Of a DNA stretch of 64,000 nucleotides, positions 62,138-64,000 are shown one piece after another. Within the stretch, counting starts at the first letter, position 1; each line of letters opens with the position of its first letter. The position numbers and the translations under genes were made by a program. Origin of the DNA: an uncultured Verrucomicrobiae bacterium (lineage in GTDB: Bacteria > Verrucomicrobiota > Verrucomicrobiia > Chthoniobacterales > UBA10450). The DNA is taken from positions 64,001 to 128,000 of the forward strand of contig CAWDGJ010000003.1 in the NCBI GenBank assembly GCA_963801815.1, in the 5' to 3' direction. Below the pieces are notes generated by a model. The model was given only the letters and a program-made list of their open reading frames with translations. It made no database searches and had not been told where the DNA came from.

Positions 62138-63002
62138 TCTCGCGCTGATCAATGAATTTCTCGGACAGCCGCCGAACGCTTCGGAGCACGGTTACCAGAT
62201 CGATCACATCCTTGAATTCGCGCATTGGTTCATGGGCGCGCTGTTCGTCGGATGGTCGCTATTCTTCATTTTTGTCCTGATTCGCTTTCACCGGAGCCGG
62301 CATCCGAAAGCCGATCATGCCGGGGTCAAGAGCGGCATCTCCACGCATTTGGAATTTTCCTGCGTTCTAATCGAAGCGGTCTTACTGATTGGATTTGCAA
62401 TTCCCCTTTGGGCGAAGCGCGTGAACGAATTTCCGCCTACTGGTGATGCGGTTGTGGTTCACGTTGTTGGCCAACAATTCAACTGGACCTTTCACATGCC
62501 AGGGCCGGATGGGCAGTTTGGGCAGCGTAGTATCGATCTGGTCACGAATTCGAATCCGCTCGGCATCGATCCAAACGATCCGGCCGGCAAAGACGACATT
62601 GTCGTACTGGGCGAGTTACACGTTCCGGTGAATCGCCCCGTCATTATCGAATTATCATCCAAGGACGTGATCCACAATTTCGACCTGCCGCATATGCGAA
62701 TTGCGGCTGATGCGATTCCAGGTTCGCTCATTCCGATGTGGTTCAAGCCAATTAAAACCGGCACTTACGAAGTTGTTTGTGGTCAGCTTTGCGGTCTCGG
62801 GCATTATGGAATGAAAGGGACCTTGGTAGTGGATTCGCCGGCCGACTATCAAGCGTGGCTGAAGGAACGCGCGGAATTGGGCGGAACCCAAAGTGCGCCG
62901 CCTGCGACCCAACCATCGCCGGGCGCACCGAAAGCAGAAAGTCCGGCAACGAAGCCTGAACAGAAACCGGCTCGGCCCGCATCTAGCCCGAGCGGCCGAT
63001 AG
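62130..63002 (+). CDS. ctaC: Cytochrome c oxidase subunit II (CuA, no cytochrome c domain)
   Basis: Two TM helices, GQQFNW, DVIHNF, DAIPG, CGQLCGLGHYGM. Confidence 0.95.
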   Translation: MNSLALINEFLGQPPNASEHGYQIDHILEFAHWFMGALFVGWSLFFIFVLIRFHRSRHPKADHAGVKSGISTHLEFSCVLIEAVLLIGFAIPLWAKRVNEFPPTGDAVVVHVVGQQFNWTFHMPGPDGQFGQRSIDLVTNSNPLGIDPNDPAGKDDIVVLGELHVPVNRPVIIELSSKDVIHNFDLPHMRIAADAIPGSLIPMWFKPIKTGTYEVVCGQLCGLGHYGMKGTLVVDSPADYQAWLKERAELGGTQSAPPATQPSPGAPKAESPATKPEQKPARPASSPSGR

Positions 63003-63013
63003 TATTTTCTTCT

Positions 63014-63087
63014 GTAGTGGCGCTCTAATCGGGCCAATCCGAATCGTGGAGTCGACAAGAAATCCGGCAGGTAGAGGCCGCCGCTAC
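63014..63087. repeat. Degenerate GTAG REP-like element overlapping the ctaA start
   Basis: GTAGTGGCGCTCTA ... TAGAGGCCGCCGCTAC, an imperfect inverted repeat. Confidence 0.5.
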
Positions 63088-64000
63088 GACTCCTGGCTTA
63101 ATCGCTTCGCCTGGTTCACCGCTTTCGCAACGTTGTTGCTAATTTGCAGCGGTGGAATGGTCACCAGCAAAGGCGTCGGCCTCGCTGTCCCCGATTGGCC
63201 AACGACGTTCGGGTATAACATGTTCCTGTTTCCGGTCTCGAAGTGGATCGGAGGAGTTCTGTTCGAGCATACCCATCGCCTTATCGCGTCGACGGTCGGG
63301 TTTCTCACGTTGATTCTCGCGATTTGGCTTTGGTGCACCGAACATCGGCAAACCGTCAAGACACTTGGCCTGCTCGCAGTCGCCGGTGTAATTTTGCAGG
63401 GCATTCTCGGCGGTCTGCGCGTGACGATGTTGAAAGATCAAATTGGGATCTTTCACGCCTGTCTTGCCCAGGCGTTTCTCGGTCTGCTCGTCCTGATTGC
63501 CATCACTAGGACGACTTTCTGGCGAACGTTGCCACAAAACTTGACTGGTTTAAGCAGTCAAGTTTTCGAGCGCCTCTCACCAATCAAAACCATCGCGATT
63601 GCAACAACCGTCGCGATTTACCTGCAGCTCGCGCTGGGCGCGACGATGCGACATGAACACAAGGACCTGGCGATCTTAGATTTCCCGACCGCGAACGGCG
63701 CATGGATCCCGGACACAAGCGCGCAAGCGTTGGCGAAGATCAACGCCTGGCGCGATGCGCGCGCTTTGTCAGATGTCGACGCGTTTCAAATTTGGCTGCA
63801 AATGGTGCATCGATTCACAGCTGTCTTGATCGGCATCGCAGTGATTACATTTTGCGCGCGTGTCCTGCGGGACGCCAACGCGATTGTTGCACTTCGCCGA
63901 TTGTCGATCTTATGGGTGGTTTTGTTCTTCGTGCAGTTCACGCTCGGCGCCTGGACGATTTGGAGTAACAAGGCGGCTGACGTCGCGACAACTCATGTCG
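63046..64000 (+). CDS. ctaA: Heme A synthase (COX15/CtaA); runs off the window
   Basis: Manual translation (absent from the ORF track): GGMVTSKGVGLAVPDWPT, FEHTHR, QGILGG..V, FHACLAQ, QL.LGA.MRH, QMVHR. Confidence 0.93.
   Translation, partial: MESTRNPAGRGRRYDSWLNRFAWFTAFATLLLICSGGMVTSKGVGLAVPDWPTTFGYNMFLFPVSKWIGGVLFEHTHRLIASTVGFLTLILAIWLWCTEHRQTVKTLGLLAVAGVILQGILGGLRVTMLKDQIGIFHACLAQAFLGLLVLIAITRTTFWRTLPQNLTGLSSQVFERLSPIKTIAIATTVAIYLQLALGATMRHEHKDLAILDFPTANGAWIPDTSAQALAKINAWRDARALSDVDAFQIWLQMVHRFTAVLIGIAVITFCARVLRDANAIVALRRLSILWVVLFFVQFTLGAWTIWSNKAADVATTHV

Overview
GC-rich, gene-dense bacterial chromosome segment. Gene content and repeat style suggest a soil Verrucomicrobiota (Chthoniobacterales/Spartobacteria-like); this is inference only. 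No phage, IS, CRISPR or rRNA was seen. Housekeeping and accessory genes include a partial secreted serpin missed by the ORF track, tRNA-Lys(UUU), an AhbAB-like gene, trpD, guaD-nadC-birA, a stand-alone 5'-3' exonuclease, glgX, hpf, ftsH, ligA, a kinase-MurQ fusion, htrA, kamA and dinB. Two large respiratory operons are present: alternative complex III (actABCDEFG, 39.7-48.2 kb) followed by ccoN-like, ccoO-like and cytochrome c genes, and an A1-type aa3 oxidase operon (58.5 kb to the end). Main observations: (1) the CcoN homolog attached to ACIII lacks all three CuB histidines and the high-spin heme histidine but keeps both low-spin heme ligands, so it should not be a normal O2 reductase; (2) a GAACG-N16-GTCYAA motif resembling a sigmaE promoter occurs three times, before the ECF sigma operon, before the active htrA, and before an unannotated ~80-nt structured RNA, and the ECF operon ends in an HtrA homolog missing its whole catalytic triad; (3) several palindromic REP-like families occur, one copy in-frame inside a protein; (4) a 1204-aa TerB-like/FHA-like/ABCG transporter. 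Seven single-base frameshifts in conserved genes look like long-read assembly errors rather than pseudogenes.
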